A DNA stretch of 64,000 nucleotides from Candidatus Dojkabacteria bacterium (GCA_026415655.1 JAOAGR010000002.1:131237-195236), one strand, 5' to 3'. Positions 1 to 11,647 are shown, counted from the first letter of the stretch. The notes: a model not told the origin generated them from the sequence alone. A program made the numbers and translations.

Positions 1-825
1 TTTTCTAAAATTATAAAATTCATGCCCCAGTATTTTTATACATTCATAAGCTATTTGGTGAGGAGATATACATCCAAATTTCAGATGAGCCGATAACCTC
101 GATGTCCCATCTACAGATAAAAAGTCTCTTTTCGATTTATATTCATAAATTTTATTTTTTAAAAACTCATTCCATATTGTCTGAGCTTGTGTTTCTCCAC
201 CCGTAAAAATATTGCTTTTTTCATTTACATCAATTAGTTTAGATAAGTTATTTATTATTGGTATTCCCAATTTATTTAGTACATCTATGAATTCTTTGAT
301 TTTAGTTGGATTACAGAAATTAGGAATATAGTCCAAATTTAAAATGGATAAGTTGTGAGATAAACTGTTTAACCATTCAATTTTATATCTAGTAAAGACT
401 TTAATTGTTTGATTGTCTTTTGTTTCAATTTTCTCCGTATTTTGATCAAAAATCACATTAGAACAATGAATTTTCAGCTTATTTCCTAACAAATCATTTG
501 TTTTATGATCCCTTTTTTTAGAATAAGGGGAATAGTCACGGGATATATGTACTGAATTCACGTAATCTTTAAAGATTTTAAAGAATTCAATTGGATCATA
601 ATCAATGACTATTAAATCCGAACCAAGAGTACGTAGTTGGTTTTGCATATCAATCAGAGATTCAAATAAGAAATTATTTCTTTTTTTACAACTGTATTTA
701 ACATTTAACAATTTATTATCCAATATGAAAATCGGAATTAGGTTATCATAATGTTTATTTGCTTCAAATATCGTTTTATTGTACTTTAATCTCAAGTCAT
801 TTCTGAACCAAATTATATTAAACAT
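1..825 (-). CDS. phr: Deoxyribodipyrimidine photolyase/cryptochrome family protein; 3' end runs off the window
   Basis: Not in the ORF track. Manual translation from ATG at 825: MFNIIWFRNDLRL...FTGGETQA...DGTSRLSAHLKFGCISPHQI, matching photolyase WFRxDLR, GGE and TSRLSxxLxFGxIS motifs. Confidence 0.88.
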   Translation of the reverse strand, partial: MFNIIWFRNDLRLKYNKTIFEANKHYDNLIPIFILDNKLLNVKYSCKKRNNFLFESLIDMQNQLRTLGSDLIVIDYDPIEFFKIFKDYVNSVHISRDYSPYSKKRDHKTNDLLGNKLKIHCSNVIFDQNTEKIETKDNQTIKVFTRYKIEWLNSLSHNLSILNLDYIPNFCNPTKIKEFIDVLNKLGIPIINNLSKLIDVNEKSNIFTGGETQAQTIWNEFLKNKIYEYKSKRDFLSVDGTSRLSAHLKFGCISPHQIAYECIKILGHEFYNFRK

Positions 826-863
826 AAATTTTGCATTTTAATGTATAATCATAAAGATTATAT

Positions 864-1868
864 ATGTTTTGGAAAAGATTGATAGGCATTGATTTTGGAA
901 CTTATCACTCAAGGATTATATTACCTGAAGGAGTCATTTACGAAGAACCCACCTTGATCGCAAGGAACAAAAAACTAAATAAAGTTGTTGCAATAGGCTC
1001 CAAAGCAGAAGAATTACTAGGTAAAACTCCTAAGGATATTGAGCTTATCAGGCCAATAGAAAATGGAGTAATTACGAATTTACGTGCGGCAGAGTATCTC
1101 TTGCGTCATATGATTTCTACAGTAAGTGGAAATGTTATTTTTACCAAACCTACTATTGTTATAAATATTCCTACAAATGCTTCATCCGTTGAAATTCGAG
1201 CTTTGGAAGAGGTAGCTTTGGCCGCTGGAGCCGGCGATGTTCTGATATACCCAAATACATATTTAGCGGCTTTAGGATCTGAATTTAATATAGAAGAACC
1301 GTTTGGATTATTGATAGTAGATATTGGCGCTGGGACTACAGAAACTGCAATTATTTCTTATGGTGGCATTGTAATATCAGATACTACAAAAATTGCATCG
1401 CATACAATAAACGAAAACCTAAATAATTTTCTTAAAAAGAATTATGGGATAATCGTGGGTGACCTCATGCTTGATAAAATCAAACATCAGATTGCATCAG
1501 CTAGTGAAAACGTTGAAAATATTGAGGTGGAAATACGTGGTCGTGATATTAGTTCGGGACTTCCTAAAAGTATAAATATACGAACTTATGATATTCTCGA
1601 TGTAGTGACTATAGTATTAGAACAAATAATATTACATATAAAAGGCGTTCTAGAAAAATCTCCACCTGAGTTATCTTCGGATATAGTTGATACTGGTATC
1701 ATATTGACCGGTGGTGGTGCCAAACTTCGTGATATTGAGACAGTGATATTAAAAAGTCTTGGTTTACCTGTTGTTAAATTGGATGACGTCGATAAAGTTG
1801 TCTCAAATGGAATACGAACAATTGTGAAAGATTTGGATAGATATGCTTATAGAAATCGAGTCAATTGA
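864..1868 (+). CDS. mreB: Rod shape-determining actin-like ATPase (MreB/Mbl family)
   Basis: IGIDFGT, IRPIENGVI, VDIGAGTTE, GRDISSGLP and ILTGGGA motifs. Confidence 0.92.
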   Translation: MFWKRLIGIDFGTYHSRIILPEGVIYEEPTLIARNKKLNKVVAIGSKAEELLGKTPKDIELIRPIENGVITNLRAAEYLLRHMISTVSGNVIFTKPTIVINIPTNASSVEIRALEEVALAAGAGDVLIYPNTYLAALGSEFNIEEPFGLLIVDIGAGTTETAIISYGGIVISDTTKIASHTINENLNNFLKKNYGIIVGDLMLDKIKHQIASASENVENIEVEIRGRDISSGLPKSINIRTYDILDVVTIVLEQIILHIKGVLEKSPPELSSDIVDTGIILTGGGAKLRDIETVILKSLGLPVVKLDDVDKVVSNGIRTIVKDLDRYAYRNRVN

Positions 1869-2194
1869 GATATTTTCAAAATATTAATTAAATCGAGAAT
1901 AAACATAGATTTCCAATGTGTTTTTTAATAAATCTACAATGTAATGAACAGTATAAGATGTTCTGTGTCAACGCTATAGTTCGTTAGTAAATCGACAAGA
2001 ATTTATTTAAGAGATTCATTACCTCGGTTTATTAACATCAATTTCAAGAAAAGAACAAAAATAGACACAGTGAGGTATTAACTCGTTAGATATTCAAAGC
2101 AATTGACAGATACTAAACGAATGAAATTTATAACAAAACAACAATATATACTCTCTTACATTTTTATTTGTTTTAACTTAGAGTGAATAGATAA

Positions 2195-2881
2195 TTATGA
2201 TAACTGCATGAATTCTGATTTTGTAATTTTTACAGATGGAGTCATAGTCGTTTTGATATGGATTGAGAATATATCACTAAAAATCCCAGGTGTTGATGTT
2301 TTTATCTCTTCTATAATTTTTAATAAATTTTCTCTAAGTTTATCTTTTCCTTGTGAGACTTTACCGAATACTATATTTATTACTCCTGTTTTATCCTCTT
2401 TAAAATTTTTTCTTCCTTGCTTAAATTCTTTTACTGCATTTGATATATCTTGTGTTACAGTACCATTTTTGGGATTTGGCATGAGCCCCTTGGTGCCTAG
2501 CGCTTTACCAAGTTTGGCGATCTTAGACATCACATTGGGATGCGCTATGACTATGTCAAAATCAAACCAATTATCATTTAAAATTTTATTTATATATTCA
2601 TCCAGCCCAGCATAATCAGCACCAGCTTTTAAAGCTTCTTCTGCTTCCTTAGGCTCAGCAAGCACCAGTATTTTGGTTTCTTTGCCAAAACTATGTGGAA
2701 ATACAACACTTATTTTATACGGTTGTGGATTTTTGTTTGACCTTTTTACTGCGATCTTTAACTCCACCGTTTGATCAAATTTATAATTATTTATTTTATC
2801 AAGTACAGATAGATATTCATCTAAACTTTTAGTTGTAGATATGACTTCGCTATTTAATTTATATTTTTTTGATATTTTCAT
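2195..2881 (-). CDS. rplA: 50S ribosomal protein L1
   Basis: KFDQTVE, AGADYAG, LGTKGLMPNPKNGTVT; directly downstream of rplK. Confidence 0.96.
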   Translation of the reverse strand: MKISKKYKLNSEVISTTKSLDEYLSVLDKINNYKFDQTVELKIAVKRSNKNPQPYKISVVFPHSFGKETKILVLAEPKEAEEALKAGADYAGLDEYINKILNDNWFDFDIVIAHPNVMSKIAKLGKALGTKGLMPNPKNGTVTQDISNAVKEFKQGRKNFKEDKTGVINIVFGKVSQGKDKLRENLLKIIEEIKTSTPGIFSDIFSIHIKTTMTPSVKITKSEFMQLS

Positions 2882-2892
2882 AGCATTTTTAA

Positions 2893-3318
2893 TTATTCAA
2901 CGATTTCTATACCCATATTTTTGGCTGTTCCTATGACTGTACGCATAGCAGCTTCTATATCTTTCGTATTTAAATCAGGTAATTTTTGCTCTGCTATTTC
3001 ACGTACCTGCGCCATTGTTAATTTACCTACTTTATTTTTGTTTGGTTTATCTGAACCTTTTTCAGTCTTTAGAACTTTTTTGATAAGAGCAGATACTGGA
3101 GGAGTTTTTAGTTGAATATCAAATGTTCTGTCCTCATATATAGTAACTATTGCAGGTACTACAATGTCACCCATATGAGCAGTTTTATCATTGAACTCTT
3201 TTACAAATTGTCCAATATTAATACCAGTCGCACCTAATGCTGGACCTAATGGCGGTGCTGGAGTTGCTTTACCAGCCGGTGCCTGTATTTTTTTTATCAA
3301 CTTTATTTTTTTAGCCAT
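2893..3318 (-). CDS. rplK: 50S ribosomal protein L11
   Basis: AGKATPAPPLGPALG, FNDKT, GTAKNMGI. Confidence 0.98.
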   Translation of the reverse strand: MAKKIKLIKKIQAPAGKATPAPPLGPALGATGINIGQFVKEFNDKTAHMGDIVVPAIVTIYEDRTFDIQLKTPPVSALIKKVLKTEKGSDKPNKNKVGKLTMAQVREIAEQKLPDLNTKDIEAAMRTVIGTAKNMGIEIVE

Positions 3319-3716
3319 GATAAGGTTGTTATGCGGAAGTATACTATATTAATTAGATTTTGAAAATGTCATGAGTCATATTTTTATAGTATTTTAAATT
3401 AAATCAAGTTTATAGTAATGTAATCTCAAGTATGATCAACTGTAAATTTAATATTTAATAAACTGAGAACTGAGAATGAATCTTGAATGATCTATTTAAT
3501 TAATTATCAAAAATTTAGATATTTTTGGTTGGTGTATAAAAATGGAACTTTAAATTATTTATGATTGTAAATCTAGTTTGCAATATGAATTTTATAAATC
3601 AATTCTTCTGTATTCGTTTGCTCAGATATATTTGATTCGATATTTTCTATAAATTCATCAAAAAATACCTATTTTATTTTATAAATTTTATTCTTTTTAT
3701 ATTTAGTCCACCCTTC

Positions 3717-4273
3717 TCAATATGGTGTTTTTTTATTTTTCTTGTATTTGTCGAAATAAAATTTCAGTTGACCGACGATTTTATTCTTTTTAGGATGCAT
3801 AAATGTGATAATAAAAAATTCTCTAAATTTTTTTATATTTGAAATTAAAATGTTAATTCTGAACTCATTTCGAAATATGTAAATATATTTTTCAAATATT
3901 CCACCTAAACATCCACTCACAGTATCAAATTTGAGATCTGTAAAATTTGCAATTAATCTACATATGAAGATAAAGTGGATTTCAAATATGTGAATCCAAA
4001 CAATGCCTGTATCATAGTTTTTGTGCTTTTTAATTTTAGTCTTTTTCTTATCCGTAGTATTGGGTAATAATCCAGACAATAAATCTAATATAGCGTATGA
4101 TTTATATTTGGGATTTGTCGGTATACCACGTTCATCCTTATAACATATTCCTAGAATCGGATGAATTTCTAAATCTTTATGTTTGAAAGAATCCTGATAT
4201 GCTATATAAAAACTGATCGGACATTACTCTTTGCTTCCTCCGCGGCTTTAAGTATCAAATTCAAAATATTCAT
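3717..4273 (-). pseudogene. Probable degraded gene of unknown family
   Basis: ATG at 4273 has TAAAAT 9 nt upstream; that frame stops after about 23 codons. A second frame is open from about 4220 (AYQDSFKHKDLEIHPILGICYKDERGIP...) into the 3717..4079 ORF. Confidence 0.4.
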
Positions 4274-4300
4274 TTTATTCGTATTTTATATATTAAATGT

Positions 4301-5023
4301 TCATACCTCGCCGGATACTTGTTGCTTTGAGTTAACAATAATAACAGTACCCGTTGGTAAATCAATCCTACCACATTGCATTAATTCGCTGCCGCTCGTC
4401 CGTAACAATTTCAAAGTAACAGTTATAACATTGTTGGGTACATCTATTTCTATGTCTGCATGAGCAAGTGGATGGGATAGTAGACTTGGCAATATAAGGA
4501 GCTTAGCAATGACACTATCAGGTTTATCATGTGTTCCCATATTAGAAATTGCAAACAAAATCGTAGCTGCGGATGGAATAGATCTTCCTAATACATCAAG
4601 GATGTTTTTTATCCAGATTTTGAATCCTATTTCACCCTCATGGCATGATAATGCTCCGAATACAGAAGCTAATGTACTGACTTCATCTGGAGTTGATAAG
4701 CACATAAAAATAGTTCCTTTACATCTATTAGCTCCTTCATTTGGGTGATTACCGCCTTCTTCATTTTGGCGATTACTACCATTTTCCTGTGCATTAGCGA
4801 CTTTGAAGCCTAGAGGGCTATTCATCTCTCTTCTAAATCTAAGAATGTCCTCTTCACTGGCCGATCTCATTTCCCCAATATATTTATCTCCTTCAAATCC
4901 CAATGGACCTATTTGACGCGGATCGGGGATTCGAACCCCTTCATATAATATATAAGTTTTACCAGTACCACGAAAAGCGTCAAGAATCGCACGTTCAATA
5001 TCTTGACTATATGCATGCGACAT
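4301..5023 (-). CDS. Orphan hypothetical protein
   Basis: 240-aa ORF with its own TAGACA-17-TATAAT promoter 8 nt before the ATG; no recognisable motif. Confidence 0.65.
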   Translation of the reverse strand: MSHAYSQDIERAILDAFRGTGKTYILYEGVRIPDPRQIGPLGFEGDKYIGEMRSASEEDILRFRREMNSPLGFKVANAQENGSNRQNEEGGNHPNEGANRCKGTIFMCLSTPDEVSTLASVFGALSCHEGEIGFKIWIKNILDVLGRSIPSAATILFAISNMGTHDKPDSVIAKLLILPSLLSHPLAHADIEIDVPNNVITVTLKLLRTSGSELMQCGRIDLPTGTVIIVNSKQQVSGEV

Positions 5024-5155
5024 ATAATTATATTATATAGTATTTTTTCTGATTTGTCTAATCCTGATAATAATTGGTATCTGTAACATAGCAATAGTTC
5101 TATTAATTATTCTATAGTATTTACTCGATTACGTGTATGCTAAAGATTATAATAT

Positions 5156-5806
5156 TTAATTAATTAAATTTTTAGTGCATATTTCACTAAGTGGACACTT
5201 GTCACAATTTGGTTTTCTTGGATGACAAAAATTTCGCCCTATAAGTATCAATTGTTTTGATATTTTTGTCCAATATTTCTTCGGAATTTTATTCATTAGA
5301 TCTTTTTCTATTTTTTCTGGATTTTTCTCATTCGTGAATCCTAATCTATAAGATACTCTTTTTACATGTGTATCAACAACTATTCCTACAGGTTTATTGA
5401 AGTAATCACATAGTATGACATTTGCTACTTTGCGTCCTACTCCTTTGAGTTTTAATAAATCTTCTATATTGTTCGGCACCTTACCACCAAAATCGGCCTC
5501 AATTATTTTAGCCGTTTCTATGATATGTTTTGACTTTGTCTTGTAATAGTTAATTTCTTTAATAATATCCATAACTTCGGATAAATCAGCTTTTGCAAGT
5601 GATTTATGATCAGGAAAGCGTGCGAATAATTTTGGTGTGACTTGATTTACTTTATTGTCTGTTGTTTGTGCGGATAAAATAACAGCGATTAAAAATTCAA
5701 AAACATTTTTGTGATGTAGAAAATGTGGTACATCAGGGTATATACAATTCAATATTTTTATTATTTTTTTAATCTTATGGTTACTTAGCACATTATAATC
5801 TAGCAT
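5156..5806 (-). CDS. nth: Endonuclease III
   Basis: LSAQTTD, HhH LKGVGRKVANV, VDTHVKR and 4Fe-4S motif CHPRKPNCDKCPLSEIC; ATG overlaps the aspS stop. Confidence 0.96.
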   Translation of the reverse strand: MLDYNVLSNHKIKKIIKILNCIYPDVPHFLHHKNVFEFLIAVILSAQTTDNKVNQVTPKLFARFPDHKSLAKADLSEVMDIIKEINYYKTKSKHIIETAKIIEADFGGKVPNNIEDLLKLKGVGRKVANVILCDYFNKPVGIVVDTHVKRVSYRLGFTNEKNPEKIEKDLMNKIPKKYWTKISKQLILIGRNFCHPRKPNCDKCPLSEICTKNLIN

Positions 5807-7119
5807 TAAGGTGTCAATCTGTTTAAGTCTCTAGGAAAGAGTGTTGCCTCTCTAATATTTTTTAAACCGAGTAGATTTTGTGTAAGTCTTTGTAATCCCA
5901 TTCCAAAACCACCTTCTGTTGGTATTCCATATTTATGCATCATAAGATAACCTTCAAAATCATCAGGATTTAACCCTTTTTCTTTTAATCTTTCTATTTG
6001 ATGTTGGTATCTGTTTACTCTTTGACCACCAGTTACTATTTCAGATCCATTTCCTATAAGATCAAAAGATTCACTAAGTTCCGGATTATCTGGATGTGGA
6101 TAGGTATAAAAAGGACGTTTTGATAATGGATAATGTGTTACAAAAACAAAATTAGAATGATGTTCCTTTGGTCCCCATTCAGTACTAAGCCATTTTTCTG
6201 CTCCGGGTGATAGATCCGGTTCCATAGTTTCGTCTATGCCGGTGTATTCCTTATATATTTCTAGGGCTTGTCTCAGTGTAATTCTAGGGAAAGGCTTATC
6301 TTCTGGTACTATAGGTAATGTTGTGTTGAGGATTTCTAGTTCCTTCACAAATTCCTTTTGTATCTTCATAATTATATGTCTAACGACATTTTCGCAATGG
6401 TACATTAGATCTTCAATATTTTCTATGAAACCTAACTCAAACTCAAACTGATTGAATTCCGTTAGATGCCTTGTAGTCGCTGATTTTTCTGCTCTGAAAC
6501 TATATGAGAGTCCATAAACACCTTCATAGACTCCCATCATGATTTGTTTATAAAGTTGTGCGGATTGAGGTAAAGTTGCCTCTTTGCCAAAGTAATCAAG
6601 TTTAAATAGTTCCGCTCCCCCTTCTGATGATGCTCCAGCAAGTATTGGAAAAATTATCTCAGTGAAACCTTGACTACGCATGTACTCGCGGTAACCTTCT
6701 ACTATACCAGCTTGTATTTTAAAAATGGCTCTTAATTTTTGATGTCTTAGTGTAATAGGACGATAGTCAATTATTGTATCAATATGAGCATCTATTTCAT
6801 CCTTATTAATCTCAACAGGTATCATGTCATACACAGGTGATATAATGTGTATTTCATTAACATCTAATTCTATGCCAGACTCTTGTTTATCTGAAGCTCG
6901 TACTATACCCCTGATTTTTAATACGGATTCGACCTGCAAATCTTTAACCTGATTAATTAATTCTTTATTGCTGAGTACACATTGGATAATTCCAGTACGA
7001 TCTCTAAGGATTACAAATGCTATCTTACCTAGAATACGTATTCTATGCATCCAACCAGCTATTATCACTTCCTGATCTATGTGTTTATTTAAATCTGATA
7101 TTAAAACACGATTTTTCAT
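5806..7119 (-). CDS. aspS: Aspartate-tRNA ligase, short archaeal/AspRS2 type
   Basis: 437 aa; OB fold (AGWMH...LRDRTG), QSAQLYKQ, FRAEKSATTRHLTEF, GGQRV, GFGMGLQRL. Confidence 0.9.
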   Translation of the reverse strand: MKNRVLISDLNKHIDQEVIIAGWMHRIRILGKIAFVILRDRTGIIQCVLSNKELINQVKDLQVESVLKIRGIVRASDKQESGIELDVNEIHIISPVYDMIPVEINKDEIDAHIDTIIDYRPITLRHQKLRAIFKIQAGIVEGYREYMRSQGFTEIIFPILAGASSEGGAELFKLDYFGKEATLPQSAQLYKQIMMGVYEGVYGLSYSFRAEKSATTRHLTEFNQFEFELGFIENIEDLMYHCENVVRHIIMKIQKEFVKELEILNTTLPIVPEDKPFPRITLRQALEIYKEYTGIDETMEPDLSPGAEKWLSTEWGPKEHHSNFVFVTHYPLSKRPFYTYPHPDNPELSESFDLIGNGSEIVTGGQRVNRYQHQIERLKEKGLNPDDFEGYLMMHKYGIPTEGGFGMGLQRLTQNLLGLKNIREATLFPRDLNRLTP

Positions 7120-7156
7120 AATTTTGTAATTTTACAATATTAAAAAGTACTTATCA

Positions 7157-7378
7157 CTATGTTGGTGTAATTTGTAGTCTATCTTCTAGTGGATTCCCTA
7201 TGTAACCTTGTTTATCGTTGTCTATTAAAAAATCAGTAGGTTTGTTGTCTTCGGGTCCAGTAAAATACCAAAGTGAAAATAATATGATATATACTACAAC
7301 CATAGTAATTAGCAATACTAATAGTAATAGTTTAGTGTCAATTGTTTTAGGTAAATTTTCATTTTGCTCCTGATTCAT
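7157..7378 (-). CDS. Small single-pass membrane protein
   Basis: 73 aa with one hydrophobic helix; co-oriented between ftsH and aspS. Confidence 0.65.
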   Translation of the reverse strand: MNQEQNENLPKTIDTKLLLLVLLITMVVVYIILFSLWYFTGPEDNKPTDFLIDNDKQGYIGNPLEDRLQITPT

Positions 7379-7390
7379 TAAATAAAGATT

Positions 7391-9337
7391 TTATGATGTC
7401 ATTAGTGACATAAATTCGTCTTGTTCGATAACTTCTTTTTCTAAAAGTGTTTGTGCTATCCTATCTAATTTCTCACGATTTTTGACGATTATTTCCTCTG
7501 CAGTTTTTCTTGCTTTTTCAAGAATTTTCGCTATTTCTTCATCAATTTTTTTTGCTGTTTCCTGAGAATAAGTCAAATGTCCAATATCATCATGACTGTA
7601 TTCGACATATCCTAAGCTACTCATTCCGTATTTTTTCACCATATCGGAGGCTATTTGTGTAGCCCTCTTGATGTCACTACTTGCTCCCGTAGTAAAGGTA
7701 TTAAATACAATTCTCTCAGCTTCACGGCCACCGTATAGACTTGCTAGATCAGCTTCAAACTTTTCTATTGTTCGCAGAGAATATGCCTCTTCATCAGGTA
7801 TAAAAATTGTAGCTCCCCCTGAATCCCCTCTTGGAATTATAGAAATACGATGTACACTATCTGCTTCGGGCAAATAATAGCTTACTAATGCATGTCCGGC
7901 TTCATGATAAGCGACAATTTTTTTATATTTCTCTGATTTTGTACGATTTTTTGCTGGTCCCAAAATAACTTTGTTGATAGCTTCTTCTATATCTTCTTTT
8001 TCTATAGTTTGTCGATCATGTTTTGCTGCTATAATTGCGGCTTCATTTAAAACATTTTCCAAATCAGCACCACTATATCCAATAGTTCTTTTGGCTAGAG
8101 TTTCTAAATCTATCTCAGGATTTAGAGGTTTATTTTTTGCATATGTCTTAAGGATTTCTAATCTTCCATTCATATCTGGAAGATCTAACACAACTCTTCG
8201 ATCAAATCTACCTGGTCTAAGAATTGCAGGATCTAGTACATCTGGTCTATTCGTTGCAGCAATTACTATTACATTAGTGTCTTTCTGAAATCCATCCATC
8301 TCGACCAAAATTTGATTCAAGGTTTGATCAGTATTACCAGAATGAATGATTGTCCCCCTTTTTTTGGCTATAGAATCAATTTCATCAATAAAAATAATGG
8401 CTGGCGCCATTTTTTTTGCTTTTGTAAAAAGGTCTCGAACCCTAGAAGCTCCAGCTCCTACAAGCATTTCTTCAAATTCTGACCCTGATGTAAAAAAGAA
8501 AGGGACGCCTGCTTCACCTGCAATCGCCCTAGCAAGTAATGTTTTTCCCGTACCGGGCGCTCCGACAAGCAATACGCCTTTTGGTATTCGCGCTCCCATT
8601 TTTATAAATTTTTTAGGATTCTTGAGAAATTCGACGATTTCTTTTACTTCGTTTACAGCTTCATCAGCACCTTTTACATCATCAAATTTTACATCTTGCA
8701 TTTTTGGTATAAACAGTTTTGCTTTACTTTCACCAAAAGGTAGGCTAGCAGCAGAATTTGATATGTTTTTTGCTGAATAAATAATATAAATAATGAATCC
8801 TACAATAGCCAGTGTGCTTATCAAGGAGATAATTGAAAATAGATTAAACTCACTTGCAGGTACCGCATAGATATTCTTTTGCGTTGGGTCTATATTTGCG
8901 TTACGTAGGTCTTCAAAAAAGGTGATAGTGTTTGGTATGTTTCCTTCTATTTTTTCATTATTGTTTCTTGTAATTACAACTTTTTCAGGATGCACCTCAA
9001 CCTTTGAATATTCTTCTTTTTTAATAATTTCTATGATTGTACCGTAATCAAGCTTGTTTGAATTGTTAATATTATAAATTTGCAGCCCTATTGTAAAAAC
9101 AAACAAAATTAATACCGTAACTATTATGGGATTTTTATACCAAGGTACATTTTTTTTGAAAGGACGTATTATATTAGATTTATTTATTTTGTGAGATTTT
9201 ACTTCAGGTGATTCCTCTGGATTTGGTTTATTGTTAGATTTTTCATTATTAGGAATGTGAGAAGAGTGTTCATCTATGTTTGTTTTTTCTGATTGATCAA
9301 GATTTGATCGGCGTATGTTTTTATTTTTGAGTTTCAT
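7391..9337 (-). CDS. ftsH: ATP-dependent zinc metalloprotease FtsH
   Basis: Two TM helices, Walker A GAPGTGKT, Walker [24 protein letters not shown]. Confidence 0.97.
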   Translation of the reverse strand: MKLKNKNIRRSNLDQSEKTNIDEHSSHIPNNEKSNNKPNPEESPEVKSHKINKSNIIRPFKKNVPWYKNPIIVTVLILFVFTIGLQIYNINNSNKLDYGTIIEIIKKEEYSKVEVHPEKVVITRNNNEKIEGNIPNTITFFEDLRNANIDPTQKNIYAVPASEFNLFSIISLISTLAIVGFIIYIIYSAKNISNSAASLPFGESKAKLFIPKMQDVKFDDVKGADEAVNEVKEIVEFLKNPKKFIKMGARIPKGVLLVGAPGTGKTLLARAIAGEAGVPFFFTSGSEFEEMLVGAGASRVRDLFTKAKKMAPAIIFIDEIDSIAKKRGTIIHSGNTDQTLNQILVEMDGFQKDTNVIVIAATNRPDVLDPAILRPGRFDRRVVLDLPDMNGRLEILKTYAKNKPLNPEIDLETLAKRTIGYSGADLENVLNEAAIIAAKHDRQTIEKEDIEEAINKVILGPAKNRTKSEKYKKIVAYHEAGHALVSYYLPEADSVHRISIIPRGDSGGATIFIPDEEAYSLRTIEKFEADLASLYGGREAERIVFNTFTTGASSDIKRATQIASDMVKKYGMSSLGYVEYSHDDIGHLTYSQETAKKIDEEIAKILEKARKTAEEIIVKNREKLDRIAQTLLEKEVIEQDEFMSLMTS

Positions 9338-9418
9338 TGCGTTTTGTTATTTTAGCATATGGATTTGCGAGCTTATATATTTTATTGCTACAAATATTGA
9401 CAAATCGTATAATCTGAT

Positions 9419-11548
9419 ATGTATAAACTTGTTACTTTTTCTGTGGCTTTATTTGTTGTTTTTGCTACATTATATTTGAATCTTCCAAAGTTAAAAGTAT
9501 TATCACAAGAAAATAGCAATCTAAAAAGAATCTCTATAATAGAAATCAATTGGGCAGGCAGTAAAAAATCATCAAATGATGAATGGATAGTTCTTAAAAA
9601 TCTTACTGATGAAGATATAGACCTTACAGGATATAAAATTTTTGGAGTACGTCGTGGTGGGGGATATTTTGAATTGACAGGTGTCATAAGGGCGAATGAT
9701 ATATTTGTTGTTAGTAGATTTAATCAGGGTGATCCTAATACTGTAATGAGTGTAAATTCTAATTTCGTCAGCTCTTCTTTTTCTATTTCCAATGCCGCTT
9801 TAAACATAAAATTAGAAGATCCCAACGGCCAGATTGTGGATAGTGTAATAACTACGACAAAACCCAGAGTAGGGGATAATTCTTCTACTCCCGGTACGTA
9901 TTTTGCCATGAGTAGGATTAATCCATCTAACGATGGAGATGATCTAAATAATTGGCGTAATGCTGATAAAGTTTATGTTGTGAATATAGTTGAGGGGGAT
10001 GCTTGTAAAAATTATATTGGCTATTCTGAACTTATTGGCAAAGAATTTATTGATCCAGCCGATTTGTGCGAAGGAAATACTCTAACTCCAAACGAAGTAA
10101 TAAATTTAGAATTTTATACAACAGCTAATAGCCTAGAAATTCAAATCAACGGAAATACGTTGAATCATGATAATATAACAAATTTGCTTAGTGTGACAGT
10201 CAATAGTGTGGTTGGCAGTACGAATATTGCTGATGGTATAGACTATGTGAATGGAAGATATTTATCAGAAAATGCCAATGTCTTTGTATATCGTTTCAAC
10301 GACTATACAGGATCTGCATACTATAAGGTTTCTACTCAAATCAAAAATATCAGTAATTTCGAATATTTAATAGACAAATTGGATTTCTTTGTGGAAACAA
10401 ACGTAATTAATCAAAGACTTATAATAAATAAATTTAATATACATGACAATATCAACTATGTAAATAATCTGTTTAGTTTTGTGGGAAATGACGAATATAT
10501 TGAATCTATAACGCCAATCAACCGACTGATAAAAGATCAAAATTTAATTATTTATATCGACAATCTAAATCTAGAAAACTACAATTCGGGTTTTATAGAA
10601 ATTGGTAATCAAAGGATTCCATTAGTTCGGTTCCTAAATAACAATAGAGTGATATTGAATAACGTCAGTACAAATAAGCTAATTTTAGATATAAAACAGG
10701 ATGAATTAGTAAGTTTTAGTTCTATAAATATTGAATTAGTAGATCCAAATTATATCGGTGATTTACCTCTGGATATAAGTGAATACATAAATTCAGAGGT
10801 CACTACAGAAATTATTAACAACACCATTAAGTTTACGAATGAAAGTTATTCTCATATTTTAACCTTAGAAAAAAATAAAGTTTGTGATAGTTATTTCGTA
10901 AATATTTGTAATATCAGTTTAGTATTTAGGTTGGAAGAGAACACCATATCATCCGATCAAAATGTCCTGAAAATAAAGTATGGTAGAACCGATCATAGGG
11001 TGTTTAATGAAAAAATATTAAAATATAATGATTTTAATCAAAATCAGGTAGAAATCAGATTTTCGTTTACAGAAAATATAGATAAATTGCAAATCTATTC
11101 TTATAAGCCGGTTTATTTAATACAGTATCGTAAATTTTTATCAAATGAACTTAATAACATCTTCGAAACTGATTTGGAATCTGTGGAGATGTTAAACATA
11201 ACGCGTAATTATGAAAATTTTACTAATGAGATGAAATGTCAACCTGTTTATTTTGATATGTTATATTTAGCTCCAAACTCTTCTTATAAAATATCTATGA
11301 ATATAAATGGATTATCAAAATATAGAAATTATAGTTTAGTTAAGTTATATTTATTTGATCATCAAGGTAAAGTAATATTAGATGAAAAAATTACAGAAGG
11401 CGAACTAAGGGAGGGAAAACATGACATAGGACCGGTTCTGATTGATAGTAATTTGAGACCTTATATTTATTTAGCACAAATTTGTGATTATTCTAGTCAA
11501 AACCAACCTTATTGGAATAATATAGAAATTCAGTTTACAAAAAAATGA
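9419..11548 (+). CDS. Exported/anchored protein with N-terminal lamin-tail (LTD)-like domain
   Basis: Signal/TM segment, then IIEINWAGS...DEWIVLKNLTDEDIDLTGYKI...IKLEDPNGQIVDSV (LTD pattern); remainder unrecognised. Confidence 0.75.
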   Translation: MYKLVTFSVALFVVFATLYLNLPKLKVLSQENSNLKRISIIEINWAGSKKSSNDEWIVLKNLTDEDIDLTGYKIFGVRRGGGYFELTGVIRANDIFVVSRFNQGDPNTVMSVNSNFVSSSFSISNAALNIKLEDPNGQIVDSVITTTKPRVGDNSSTPGTYFAMSRINPSNDGDDLNNWRNADKVYVVNIVEGDACKNYIGYSELIGKEFIDPADLCEGNTLTPNEVINLEFYTTANSLEIQINGNTLNHDNITNLLSVTVNSVVGSTNIADGIDYVNGRYLSENANVFVYRFNDYTGSAYYKVSTQIKNISNFEYLIDKLDFFVETNVINQRLIINKFNIHDNINYVNNLFSFVGNDEYIESITPINRLIKDQNLIIYIDNLNLENYNSGFIEIGNQRIPLVRFLNNNRVILNNVSTNKLILDIKQDELVSFSSINIELVDPNYIGDLPLDISEYINSEVTTEIINNTIKFTNESYSHILTLEKNKVCDSYFVNICNISLVFRLEENTISSDQNVLKIKYGRTDHRVFNEKILKYNDFNQNQVEIRFSFTENIDKLQIYSYKPVYLIQYRKFLSNELNNIFETDLESVEMLNITRNYENFTNEMKCQPVYFDMLYLAPNSSYKISMNINGLSKYRNYSLVKLYLFDHQGKVILDEKITEGELREGKHDIGPVLIDSNLRPYIYLAQICDYSSQNQPYWNNIEIQFTKK

Positions 11549-11571
11549 CTTTTATTGTATTATTGTCTTGT

Positions 11572-11647
11572 GCGAGTGTAGTTCAGTTGGTAGAACGTCT
11601 CCTTGCCAAGGAGAAGGCCGGCGGTTCGAGTCCGCTCACTCGCTCCA
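11572..11647 (+). tRNA. tRNA-Gly(GCC)
   Basis: 76-nt cloverleaf; anticodon loop TTGCCAA, GGTTCGAGTCC, U73, encoded CCA. Confidence 0.97.

Noticed and set aside
1950-2125. Possible structured RNA between mreB and rplA (CTGTGTC/GACACAG, TACCTC/GAGGTA, TTCGTTAGTA/TACTAAACGAA)
   Set aside because: Short pairings that cross each other in AT-rich DNA; compatible with chance.
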